Shown here: positions 12,701-24,000 of the stretch, one piece after another
Position numbering within the stretch: position 1 is the first letter of the stretch
How the letters are laid out: each line of letters begins with the position of its first letter
NCBI RefSeq assembly: GCF_032191835.1
Contig: NC_083237.1
Span: 21,886,001-21,950,000 of the forward strand
Source of the DNA: Heteronotia binoei
Lineage: Eukaryota
Direction of reading: 5' to 3'
Length of the DNA: 64,000 bases
The notes under the pieces: model-generated
What the model was told of the DNA's origin: nothing
The model's input: the letters and a program-made list of their open reading frames with translations, nothing else
Databases searched by the model: none
Program-made: the position numbers and the translations under genes

Positions 12701-15700
12701 AAACTGTCATAGCACTTCAGTGCTCACCTCAAGAGTCTTTTTTAAAATCCAAGGAATATTATGTGGTGGAAAAGGACAGGGGGGAAATGGCACTGTTTGA
12801 AATGACCATTGCTCTTCAGAGATGGCTCACTGATGGAAAGGAATTTGCTGGATGAAACCCTCATCCCAGTATCGCTTTACTCAAAACCAGGTCAATTACA
12901 TCTGGTTTAGAATGCTAATGCATAAAGGGCCAAAGTGGAATACAGCGCAATAAAATATCTAATTTGATCCATATTACCAGCCACAATGTTAGAGAGCTAG
13001 TGGGTGGTGGTGCTCTGCTGCTTGTATTTTCCAAAGCTGTTTCTGGAGCACCTAAAATAAACTGCAAGATGACCCCCTCACTGCTCCTCAGAATCCCAAA
13101 CAGCAAGCAGAAGACCTCAACCACAGGGTGGGAGTAAATGAACTGGGACTTCATCCAGAATGACCCCTCATCTATGGCTCTGCCCATCACATTTTCAACC
13201 ACCTGCTTCTCTCCTAGGGGACCTGGACCAGAACTTTGAAGCGCTTTCTGTAGGAAATCTGAGTGACAGTAATTCTCAAGCTGAAGGGACTCCTGTATCT
13301 TCTGATGCAGAAGGTAATCAAATAGTGAACATAACTCCAGAAAGAAAAAGGCAGTATGCTCATCAACCACCAGGGCCTTTTTTGTAGCAGGAACTCCTTT
13401 GCATATTAGGCCACACACCCTTGATGTAGCCAATCATAGAATCATAGAGTTGGACGGGACCTCCAGGGTCATCTAGTCCAACCTCCTGCAATAAATCCTC
13501 CAAGAGCTTACAGGGCTCTTCTTACAGGGCCTACTGTAAGCTCTCAAAGCAGGGGTGGGGAATGTCCAGCCCACGGGCCATTTATAGCCCACAAGATCAC
13601 TTGGTCTGGCCCGCAGGGGATAGTGGGGCCGAACTGCATAGTGGCCTCCTCAGGGCCAGCTGGCCGGCAGGGATCACTGGGTGAAACTGTGCAGCAACCT
13701 CCCTGGGGCCCAGCTTGCCAGTTGGGATCACTGCAGGGCCTAGAAGAGTCACAGACGCAGTTCAGATAAGTCCCCCCCCCCATTTCTTTCTTCCCCATTC
13801 TCTCTCTCTGTGGTGCCTGAGTGGTGGGCATTGTGAAGTTGGTGCCTTTAAAGGTCTGGTGGGAGCAGCTGCAGTTTCTTGCATGGAGGAGGGAGGGGTG
13901 GAAGCACGCTACTACCAGTTCAACTTGCACCTGATTATCCTAGATGGTGTGGCCTAATACACTAACGAGTATGTGACCTAATGTGCTAATGAGTTAATAT
14001 GCTAATATTAGGGGGTATGTTCTAATATGCTAATGAGTTCCTGCTGGGCTTTTTCTACAAAAAAAGCCCTGACCTTAGACACTTGCCAAGGGCAGTGGGC
14101 TGGGGGCGGGGTGCCAAATTAGGCTCCCCCCATGTGACTTTAAATAATTTTGCCGGCCTGAATTGTTCTATCTTGGTGGAGCACTGTTTTTTAAGTTGAT
14201 CATTTTGTATGGCCCGTGAATGATGTTATAAATATTCAAATGGCCCTTGGCAGAAGTAAGGTTCCCCACCCCTGTTTTAGAGGATTGGCTACATCAGGAG
14301 AGTGTGGCCTAATAAGCAAAGGAGTCCCTGCTACAAAAAAAAAGCCCTGTCAACCTCAACACTCCATCATGTTCCAGACCATTCGGGAAGCCTGCCCTTT
14401 TGTGTTCCAGAACATTAGATGCTTATGATTCTTAGGCGAAGGTCAGGTGGCATGCTTATCACGTTGTGGGTGCACCTCTAATTTTATCCACGTTTATTTG
14501 TTCTGTAGAGATTCTGTCTGACGTCCCACTCTTCACCTGCTTCACCATTCACTCACCCTGTGGGTGACCATCCAGACCATTGCTGCGTGGTAACCACAGT
14601 GCTGTGTTTCTTTTAAAATTATCACACACGCATGCGCATAAACATTTAAGGTGCTGTTCCACCCCAACAAACGAGAGAGGGGTTTTTTTGGAGGGAGGTT
14701 TCCACTTACGGACAACTGCCCTGGGGGCTCCCAATCCTGAAAGATGGCTGGAGTACTGAAGCGCATCAGCAGTGATGCCGTAGCTTGGGGACAAGCGGCC
14801 ACTTACGTGCACATCACTAACTTGCCTTTTAAAAATGGAGCCAAAGCAGAAAGCTTGACTTTGCATGAAAGCGATCTGGAAATGTGTGGTGAGCTGGCAA
14901 GATCTGTAAAGATCAGACTTTATTCGGTGTCAGGAAAGTCAGGGTTGAGAAGGCAGGGCTGATAACTGGTACAGGATACCAATGATGCTGTCTGAACAAG
15001 CAATTTAAATATGGGAGAAGCAATGACACCAGATCAAAAAGCTTGTCTGACCCCAACCTTAATCTGATTGCATCTAATGCCGTCATGTTATTTACATATA
15101 TGACCTCCTAAGGAAATAACAGAACAGATTATGTAACTGATCATAGGAGAAAACTAGATGAGCTGGGAGAAGTTTTTTTTTTTTTTAAGAGGACAGACTC
15201 TCTTCCCCTCTCCCCTCTCAGGTTATTGCAGCAAGAAGACAAAGGCAGGTTGTACATCAAGACTGCATGCAACACTTAAAGCAGTGGGAAAAATTAAGTT
15301 TATAAAGCAGTTTGAGGAAATACTTGAAGGGTGAAGGACGGTGGCAATAAGGAATTTTACAAACAGTGAAGGAGTTATGAGTGGATTAAGAGCTATGATT
15401 GGGCGGCTCACAGTTTACAATGAAACAGCAATAAAAAATGGAGTTAAACATTACGTTAAAAGCCATTAAGCTAAAAACAATTCAGGTGCTAATTTCAATA
15501 CAATTTAAAGATAGCAAGATGAAATGAGCATTTTAAAGAAAGGAGGAGGGACATCATATGAAAAGGTCAGGGTTTAGGCTTGGAACTAAAACTAAAAGGT
15601 GAGGGTTGGAACTAAAACTCCTGGATGAACCCAGAGCCTCTATGTTGTGCCTCTAGGGGGTCCGTTACAACCCATTTTTACAAGCCACGTCAGGCAGCAA

Positions 15701-18700
15701 CAGCAGGAGATTGTTGAGCCCCTGTTGTTCTGCCATACATGGTTGTTGGGTTGGTTGCATTCATCTGGAAAGGCTGTGCAGGTAAGATCCCATAAACTGG
15801 AGACAGGGGCAAGTGAAAAGACACCTGGTTTTCAGCTGTTCCTAATTCATTTGAACTACCAAGCCAGTAAACTAGGGTTGCTGTCAGCGCAGGGTTCATC
15901 GAGGCTTCAACAATGATAGGACTCTTTTCTTTTGAAAATAAGTTTCATTTATTGAATACACAATGTTACTCATGCAGAAGGTCTTTGAAAGTGATAACAT
16001 ACATAGGGCAAGCACTAGCCTTTATGGGGGTACATCAAAGCCAGGGGGCTTTAAATCATTCTCATAACAAAGTTGCTTTCTACTTTCTGAGGTGTTTGAT
16101 TCACACGCCTGCTATCTTTCTAGCTGGGCCATTTCCACTCCCCCTCTCAGCCGATGTCCTTGTGGCGCCTGGAAAGCGGCGGCGGTGCCTCTCCCTTGCC
16201 CTCTGGCCGTTTATTGCCTTTGGCGCCCAATTCCCTCCCGCCTTTCACTTCCCTCTCAGGCATACCTAAGATTCTACTATAGATCACTGGGGTTAGTCCT
16301 AAGCAAATAAATACTATAGGCAATATAGTTAGTATCAACAGAACACAAGCTGACAGTTGCCAAGTCCAATTTAAGAAATATCTGGGGACTTTGGGGGTGG
16401 AGCCAAGATCAAGGCTGTAACAAGCATAATTGAACTCCAAACGGAGTTCTGGCCATCACATTTAAAGGGACGGCACACCTTTTCAATGCCTTCCTTCAAT
16501 AGGAAATAATGAAGGATAGGGGCGCCTTCTTTTGGGGCTCATAGAATTGGACCCCCTGGTCCAATCTTTTTGAAACTTGGGGGGGGTATTTTGGGGAGAG
16601 GCACTAGATGCTATACTGAAAATGTGGTGCCTCTACCTAAAAAAACAGCTTCCCCAGAGCCCCAGATACCCGCGGATCAATTCTCCATTATTTTCTATGG
16701 GAATAAATCTCCCTAGGGAATAAAAGAGTCCCCAGCAGACATTTCCCTCCCCTCCCCCCGCTTTCTGATAACCCTGAAGCGGGGGGAGGGCCTCCAAACC
16801 GGGGGATCCCCTGCTCCCACCTGGGGATTGGCAACCCTACAGTAAACAGAAGGGAAATGTAACAGAGCATATACCTTTGCCAAGCAAATCCTCGTAATTA
16901 TTCAAGTGTGTACCTAGTAAGAAGACTTGCAGCTTTCATTTGTCTTTCTTTGTGGTAAAAGTACCTCTGTCTCCAGCTGCTAAATTTGGATTATGACTGA
17001 TCTTTCCTTTGTCATTTATATACAGGTCCAAGCAGTCAGGAGGTGAACAGCAATAACAACAGAACGTCATGGTTATTTTCCTGGTTATTTAAATTCTGTG
17101 AGTTTGGAATGACTGTAAAAGATTTGCCCCTCCCTGTAATATCAGGCGAAGGGCTTTTCCCACATTCTCAATTTACTCTTAAGTTTCTGTTTCTTTGGGA
17201 GAGGGCGGTCCTTGTTCCACACGTTTTGTTCCCTGTAGTGGTCAATTCAATATTAAGCAGGTTTATTTCCAGTTTATCTTCCTGCAGTTTAAATCAACAG
17301 AGAGATAAATTGGAAATAAAGGTGTTTGATATCAAACTGACCACTAGAGGGAGCAAAAACACAGGCAGAACAAGATTGCCCCTCCAAAAAAAACAGAACT
17401 TAACTGTGAGTAAAATGATAATTTAGAAAAGCTGTAATTTAATAGTGGTGGGGATGGGATTTCTTTTGGGGATGTGGGGGCTGCCCACTGTACTTGTCCA
17501 ACTGTGGCTGCCTCCATCTTCTAGTCAGACGGTTTCAACAACAGCACCACAACACTGAAAGAAGTTCTGGGAGTGCCAGGTCCAGATGCACCCCCCATTT
17601 GAAAGGAGCTGCACCAGCAGAGAACCAACCCAGCCCCTGGAGGAGAGGGAAGAGAACAACTCCAGTACCAAGCAGGGCACACCAGCAGGGTAAGGGAGAG
17701 TGGAGTCTTCCCAGGGGGACTGTGGAGCGGCAACCAGTATAGACCTGCTGTTTTGCCAGCGATCATTTTTGCCTGGGCAAAGAAGCTCAATGAGACAAAG
17801 CATCTTGGCAACACAACTGAATTTCAATTACAGAAAAGAAAACAAGCCACAATATGCAGTTTCTTCCATCCCTTTGGTCAGTGGAGCTTCTTACAGCTCC
17901 AGCTCTCCACGGAAGCCCCCTTGTTGCTGCTTCCTCTTCTACACTTTACAGCCTGCTTAGGCACAGTCGACCAGTACGTGTGTATCACTGGAAATCAGGC
18001 TGAGCCATGCGAGCTTGCTTCTAGGGCTTGTGCCATGCTGTGCCTGGCCTGGCACTCCTTTGAGGAAAGCTGAAGTGTAGAAGAAGGTAATCCTGCAGCT
18101 ACTTTGGTGATACTTGATGCACCAGAATTCCCTGCTTTTGGTCACATCCTTCAATCTCACTTCAGGAAGACACACTGGGCAGCCACTGTCTTCATAGAGA
18201 CTTCTTTTTGGTATGGTGACTCAGAAATCCAACTTTACCTGGTATGATGGCCCACTTTTTAAAAATAGAGCAGGCACACATCTTTTTCTTTTTTCTTTTT
18301 GGCCACTGTGTGGCACAGCGTGTTGGACTGGACGGGCCACTGGCCTGATCCAACGTGGCTTCTCTTATGTTCTTAAACCTGCAAAAGCTGGGCTCCTGCT
18401 TTCAGGTCAGGACCCACAGGTTGGGAAACCCTGAGTTACACAACTTGCTTTGCTTAGATACCCCTTTAGCTGTCATGGTTTCCTCCAGTGAACTCTGGGA
18501 ACTGGTAAGGTTCTCAGTTGCCTACTGTGACATGGATGTGTCCCTTAGAGACTCTTTTTCTTTCTCTGACAGGGACACAGGCGACCCCCTCATGGGAGCC
18601 TCATTTCATTGAGCAGCACCGAGAGCAGCTTATCCAGAGGACTGCCACAGTGGAGGGAGTTTTGGATCTGCTCTATGGAAATGTTCTGGATGATGAGCAA

Positions 18701-18853
18701 TATCAAAGGATCTCTTTGCGGGAGACTAACCCAGAAAAAATGCGGGAGCTCTACCGGCTGGTGCCGAGCTGGGACCGCTCTTGTAAGGATCGGCTCTACG
18801 AGGCACTGAGGAAGAAAAACCCATTCCTCATAGCAGCCCTAGAAGGGAGGTGA
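3564..18853 (+). CDS. Gene A: NLRP1/CARD8-like FIIND-CARD inflammasome sensor (3' part; spliced exons 3564-3787, 5118-5371, 5878-6006, 6736-6874, probable 13218-13313, 18573-18853)
   Basis: All exons have AG/GT boundaries and compatible phases (2-1, 1-0, 0-0, 0-1, 1-1, 1-stop) and translate without stops to a protein colinear with the human NLRP1 FIIND-CARD region recalled from memory. Orthology to NLRP1 versus CARD8 cannot be assigned from this window. Confidence 0.88.
5118..5371 (+). CDS. Gene A exon: ZU5/UPA junction with autoproteolysis site
   Basis: ttcctag|GG GAA ... ATA CAG|gtgaga; AHF...LEKPARV...VLEKPKF|SLLGVL...LYLVPNDSSLIQ; His-to-Ser spacing of 27 residues equals NLRP1 H1186-S1213. 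Confidence 0.92.
5878..6006 (+). CDS. Gene A exon: UPA part 2
   Basis: aaatag|GCA ATC CAG ... CCA AAG|gtaggt, 43 codons AIQDAEEKFHSVLVRKPPQTIMPLHYGSRYTVSSSVDLKIIPK (NLRP1 AIDDLEMKF..KPPP..YMGCRYTVS..LEILPK). Not in the ORF track. Confidence 0.9.
6736..6874 (+). CDS. Gene A exon: UPA part 3
   Basis: tatcag|GAA CTG ... CCA G|gtgcat; ELHFTYKNPRHQQSYVQFSIRSTEIVDISLKNKEDLCSVWDTSLEPG (NLRP1 ELELCYRSPGEDQ..LVWEALVKPG). Not in the ORF track. Confidence 0.88.
7748..11904 (-). mobile_element. L1-clade LINE, 5'-truncated, antisense in gene A intron
   Basis: Endonuclease (10705-11430: NIYAPN, GDYNA, WSRLD, YADH), RT (9832-10275 KSPGPDG, YRPISLLN; 8320-9750 RGTRQGCPLSP, YADD), Cys-rich C-terminus, ORF1 tail, T-rich 3' tail near 7750; several stops and frameshifts. 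Confidence 0.9.
12427..12558 (+). pseudogene. Truncated duplicate of the gene A CARD exon with in-frame stop
   Basis: tgacag|GG ACT CAG GCG ... CAT TTC ATT TAG (12465-12467); paralogous to 18573-18704; upstream intron (about 12165-12426) also aligns with about 18375-18572. Confidence 0.85.
13218..13313 (+). CDS. Gene A probable UPA-CARD linker exon
   Basis: ctcctag|GG GAC CTG ... GAA G|gtaatc; 96 nt, phase 1-1; GDLDQNFEALSVGNLSDSNSQAEGTPVSSDAE, starting with the same G|DL as the NLRP1 linker. Confidence 0.6.
13550..14274. mobile_element. Non-autonomous hAT-like DNA transposon
   Basis: Terminal inverted repeats CAGGGGTGGGGAA / TTCCCCACCCCTG; no clear target-site duplication. Confidence 0.55.
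18573..18853 (+). CDS. Gene A terminal exon: ASC/NLRP1-type CARD
   Basis: tgacag|GG ACA ... GGG AGG TGA; HFIEQHREQLIQRTATVEGVLDLLYGNVLDDEQY...KMRELYRLVPSWDRSCKDRLYEAL closely matches the ASC and NLRP1 CARDs. Confidence 0.93.
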
Positions 18854-19098
18854 AGCTAGGAAGAAGATGATACGGTGCCATTCAGGAGGCAAGGAGGAAC
18901 AGAAGAAATTGATGGGAAACGCAGTCCTTCTGTCTCTGATATAAACACGCCCTAACTGATGGAAAAAATAGAGCAGGCACAGATACTCTTAGAAAATTGC
19001 AAGTTGGACCTCTTATTGTTGCATTACCTGGGAGATCCAAGCAGCCTCAAGAGAGACCTGCATGGCCACTGTGGAGAATAACCAAAACCTCTCTAAAT

Positions 19099-19355
19099 GA
19101 GAGCCAGGTTGGTGTAGTGGTTAAGAGAGACGGACTCTAATCTGGAGAACAGGGTTTGATTCCCCCCTCTCCATATGCAGCCAGTTGGGTGGCCTTGGGT
19201 CAGTCACAGTTATCCCAGAGCTGCTTTTTCAGAGCTTTCTCAGGCTCACCCACCTCACAGGGTGTCTGTTGCGAGGAAAGGAAGGGAAGGCGATTGTAAG
19301 CCATTCTGAGACTCCGAGTGAAGAGCACGGTATAAATCCAGTCTCTTCTTCTTCT
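19099..19355 (+). mobile_element. tRNA-derived squamate SINE (Squam3-like)
   Basis: GAGAGCCAG.TTGGTGTAGTGGTTAAG head, GGTTTGATTCCC B-box, L2-like 3' end with TTC repeats. Confidence 0.7.
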
Positions 19356-19700
19356 CTCCACCTTGGCTCTTGGACCCAGAGCACTGCTGTGAAGCTTCTC
19401 GTCTTGTTTTAGCATATCTGGTGCCAGAGGGCAAAAGGCTACAGTAAGGGTATAGGCCAGAGAGAAGCATGCTGTCTTTATGCTCATGCCATGCTAGTCC
19501 GCTTTGATATGTTATGCTTCATCATGGTGCTCTGCAGTATAGAATGTTTTTATGCCACTGTCTGGATTTCTGTGCTGCAAGAGAAAATGGCATCTAATAC
19601 CAAGTATTCATTGTATTAGATAGAACAGCAGCTACTTTTATTTTCTCTGTTGCTAAGCTATAGAGACTGTACTGAATAGGAACATCTTTTTAAAGCCATA

Positions 19701-19706
19701 AATAAA
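19701..19706 (+). terminator. Candidate polyadenylation signal of gene A
   Basis: AATAAA about 850 nt after the stop, followed by T/G-rich sequence. Confidence 0.35.
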
Positions 19707-22700
19707 CCTATATCTATTTGTAAAGGTCTGCTTTATTTGTGTGCAGTTAATCTAGAGGCTCCTCAGGGCTGGGTATTGCTCACGGGACAAGGAGCAGTAA
19801 CCCAGGCTTGGGTCTCTCTGACATACAGCCAAGCTAAGGCTGTGCAGCCGTGATATACCTGCCTAGGAGAAGCACGGTGCTTTACAAGTTGGTCACCTGA
19901 TACTTTGTTTCTTCTTCTGCTCCATTTAGTTTGGGCAGTCTAACCTGGCAGAGAGGCTTTCCCATGCAACCATGAATGTGAAAGAGCAACTTAAAATAAG
20001 CGAGACTTTAAACTCCACACAGGGGATTATTACGAGATTGGATGGGTCATGGGCACTGGAACTGATTTTCAGTCATACATTTACACAGGAGCTAACCTAG
20101 ACAAATTTTGTGAGGGGGGAGGATGGGTTTCAGGGGTCCCTCCCAGGCTGTTCTTGTCAGCAGATACATGACACCTTTGATAGGGAGTTGGGTTGGACAC
20201 CATTGATCTCTCATGTCACATGCAAGATGTATTTTGGCTCTAAAAGAACAGCTGATCTCTCCAGTGCAGCAACTCCCTGCTTGTGAGAAAGAGTTTCTCA
20301 CAATGTCAAGAGAGGAAAGTTTATGAGGCAGATCTCCTCCTTGGTAATTCCAGCAATCACTTGCAGCCTTGTTTACTAACAGCTATGGAATGAGGAAGGA
20401 AATGATGAGAGATGAAAAACATTATTTACATTTAAAAATTTATATCCTGCAACTGGGTTCCGATTGGCCAGGCAGCTCCATTCTAACATTTATGGTAGCT
20501 ACTAGCTAGTGCTGACATCCTTATAGAAACAGCCTCTAGAAGTCTCCTTTCCCTACAGTGCTATAATGTGTTAGAGGTTTGTTTAGGCTATATTGCAGTT
20601 CTGGCAATAAAGCTGTGGCTGAGTTATTTCTCAGGTTCAATGGCAAACGCTCTTGAGATCAACTCCTCTTCAGATCCCCACGCTCATAGCTCAGAGTAGT
20701 TAAGTGAAATTATGGGATTCATGGCTAGCAGACATTGTGACAGCCATTAGAACAGATAATTTTAAAGGAAGGTTAGATTTATGGAGGTGATGTCCCTCAG
20801 TTTCAACTAAACACTCCAAAGGTGTAGCTGAACCCCCAGGCTAACTCCCCACCACAATCTCTATCGTCTCATGGTATGGAAGCCCTCTCTGCTGGAACAG
20901 CCAGAGTTGCCACTCCCAAAGAAAGAACTGAAGCAGGCTGAGGGTGCAAACACACCCACAGGCCAAGGGCAGATGAAGGAGAGCATGGTGGGCTGGCCGT
21001 GAGATATCATCCGTGCTCCCTGGGCACCCAGAGAGGTCAGTACACTGAAGAGGAGAGAGAAGAGCCCCAAGACAGAAGGCAGGCAGCAGCTGAAACGGCA
21101 TTTCTTTCCTCCTTACCCTCTGTCAGGGCCACATTCAAGCCACTGAGGTGAAGTCACTTGACTCCCTCTGCTACTTGCACACCCCAGTCAGAGGGGAAAT
21201 ATGAAGAGCCTGCTGGATCAGACCAATGGTCCATCAAGTCCAATATCCTGTTACCTGCAGTGCTCAATCAGTTGCCCTGGAGGACCAACAAAGGACACAC
21301 AGAGGCCAGTTTCTTCCCATGATGCTTTCTAGTGCTGGTATTCAGAACACTCTCAATATTCAGATTTCCTTAGTCACCGTAGCGAATAGCCACAGAAGGA
21401 CTTTCCTCCATAAATCTAATCCCCCTTTAAAGCTAGCTGTATTAGTGGCCATCGCAATGCATACGAACCACAAATCCCACAATTAAATTTAAGATCTCTG
21501 GGCTTTGGTATCTGCAGCTGATCTCAGGAGAGAGTACTTGCCATTGAACCATGCACAGCGTGGCTCAGGTTGACCAAGGCCACAACTTTATGGGCAGAAC
21601 TGCAGCACAGTGTAATAGAAATACTCTAGTTTGGCCCAACTGAAACCATATTAAAGCGATGTGGGTGCTCTGAGTACTTTTTTTTGCAAAGGCTTCTGCA
21701 GAGCTGAGCAGGCTGGAATAAACGGAAGGGCTTCTCTAAGGCAGCTTTGCCTTGAGTTTCAGCAACAGAAGCTGCACGATTGTTCGGCTGAACTGTTTCT
21801 AGCAAGAATGTGGTTTTCGCAAACAGGATGTACAGATGCAAGCAATGGAAGGTTATTAACTTTAACAAAAAACTTTTAAAATTTTTATTAAACTTCAAAT
21901 CAAAACCAACCATATACATAGACAATTGTCTGCAGTTATTCTAACATAAAATACAATGTAGTTATAGGTATATATATAAATTAAAATAAAATAAACTTTA
22001 TTTACATCAATTGCTACATCTTTGTATGTAGTTAATTCACTTACAAGTTTCCGATTAAGCAGTCATAACATTAGAAATAAATCATTTTTTCATACACTGC
22101 ATTTCTTGGCAATATTTTTTCCTCAGATAAGTATGAGACCACTGGATACCATTGTTCAACCACCTTGTTCTCCTGTGTTTTTGGTGACAAATTCAGGTTT
22201 CCGTAGACTAGTTAACTCAAACTCTTAAAGTGCATGTCTAAAGCTGTGTAAAACTATGCAGCACACCCTGAAAATGAGTGTGAGTACTTGCGGACTTGTT
22301 TCTGTGCTCACCTGTCTGCCTGGCAAATAAACCTTTAAACTTGTTACCCTGTTGTGTTCCTGTTTAACAACGAATTCCACAATAGCGCAAACAAGCTTCT
22401 GACACAGTACAGCATTGTGGGGAAGGGAGACTTCCAGAGGTTGCCCCTTTAACAATGTCATGTGCTGTCAAAAACTTGATAGCAGGGCTTTTCTTGAGCA
22501 GGAACATCCAGATAAGCAGTCCCAGCTGGCTTGGCAACAGGGGGTGTGGCCTAATATGCAAATGAGTTTATGCAGGGCTTTTTCTACAAAACAAGCCCTG
22601 AACAATTCCTGTTCAAGGAAACCTTCTTGATGTGCTTGCAGCAAAGTCAAAGGGGGGGGGGGGGCAGCGACAGCTCTCTTTGCCAGATGCAGGACTCCTG

Positions 22701-23359
22701 GAAGCTTGTACTGGAATAAATGTTTTGTCACTGTATTCCTGATGGATTTTAAACCATATTCCTGTCTTCTGCCACTGTGGCTACCCAATATTGATTTATC
22801 AGACAGGAGAGAGGATAGGTCTGCAGGGGCTGGGAAATACTGGAGATTTGGTGGGGTGGCACCTGAGAGGGGCAGGATTTGGGGAGGGGAGGGACTTCGA
22901 TGGGGTATAATGCCATAGAGTCCACCTTCCAAAACAGCTGTTTCCTTTAAGGGAACTGATCTCTGTATCACCTGGAAGTCCCCAGCCACCACCTGGAGGT
23001 TGGCAACTATAGAAGAGGGACAGATTCGAATCCTTTCCTGCTGGCATTTTCTGGACACAAAAAGCACTCCAGACAGTTGCTTCTCCTCTTAAGGAAAACT
23101 TCCAAACACAGAAGTGAGGAGTATGGACGAGCGCGTTACTCCCTGCTTCCCATGCGAGTTGTCCATGCTGGGTCTATCTGCTCCACTCATTTTCCCAACA
23201 ACGGAGAAGGGATAACGATTTCCTTTCTAGAGCATGGAAGAGAACTTGGGGAGGGGCTTTAAGGGCTCCTGCAAGCGTTGTGCATGCACACGTGGTGGAT
23301 TTGTAATTTCCCTTCCTTTTGCGTAAAGAGAATACAAACAGTTCTGAAGTGGCTTTTTC

Positions 23360-24000
23360 TAAGATCGGAAGTGTCTTGAAGGAGCTGCCAAGAGCGGCTG
23401 CCGGTCCTCCCTCGCCGCAGGGCGTGCCGGGCACCTCGGGGAAGATTCAGCAAAGACTTTGCTCCCGGGGAGCTCCAGCTTCCGCCTTCTTTTGCTGCAC
23501 CTGGCGGGGTAGCGCTGCGAGAAGACCCGCTGCTGCCGGAGCCTCTTCAGCCTCGGGAAAGGTAATGGGGGGGGGGGGGGAGGTCCAGGGGCTGGGAGCT
23601 TCTCTCTCTCCTCCTCCTCCTTTTGGCGGGAAGGGAGCAGGCAGGCAGGCGGCGGCCCCTGTTGTCGAGGCGGCCTCGCCTCAACGCTAAGCGGAGGTTC
23701 ATCCGCGGTGAAAGAAGACCCGGCTGAAAGAGGCTCCGCCGGCCAGGGCTGAGAGGGCGCCTTGAGGGGCGGGGGAGGCGTTGAGGGGGGGGGGGTTGCT
23801 TGCAGAGCTTTGGGGGCGGCTGCTGCTGAGGCCCCCTCCTGACTCTCTGCAGATTGTACAAGAGCGAAGAGTGAGTGTGGCGTCCTCCTTCCTTCTGACC
23901 TCCCTGTAACATTCCCTGAGCCTGAGATCCAGGTGGGCGGCCGTGAAGAAGCAGAACACAAGTTGGAGTCCAGTTTAAGACCCGCAAAGTTTTATTCGCG
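23360..24000 (+). promoter_or_regulatory. CpG island, probable promoter and non-coding first exon of gene B (donor after 23561)
   Basis: Sharp local rise in GC and CpG content; GAAAG|GTAATG donor followed by a G-run; no ATG in the exon-like portion. Confidence 0.6.

Noticed and set aside
14508-17045. Possible extra gene A micro-exons near 14.5 kb and 17.03 kb
   Set aside because: Weak donors or non-symmetric phase, and no homology support.
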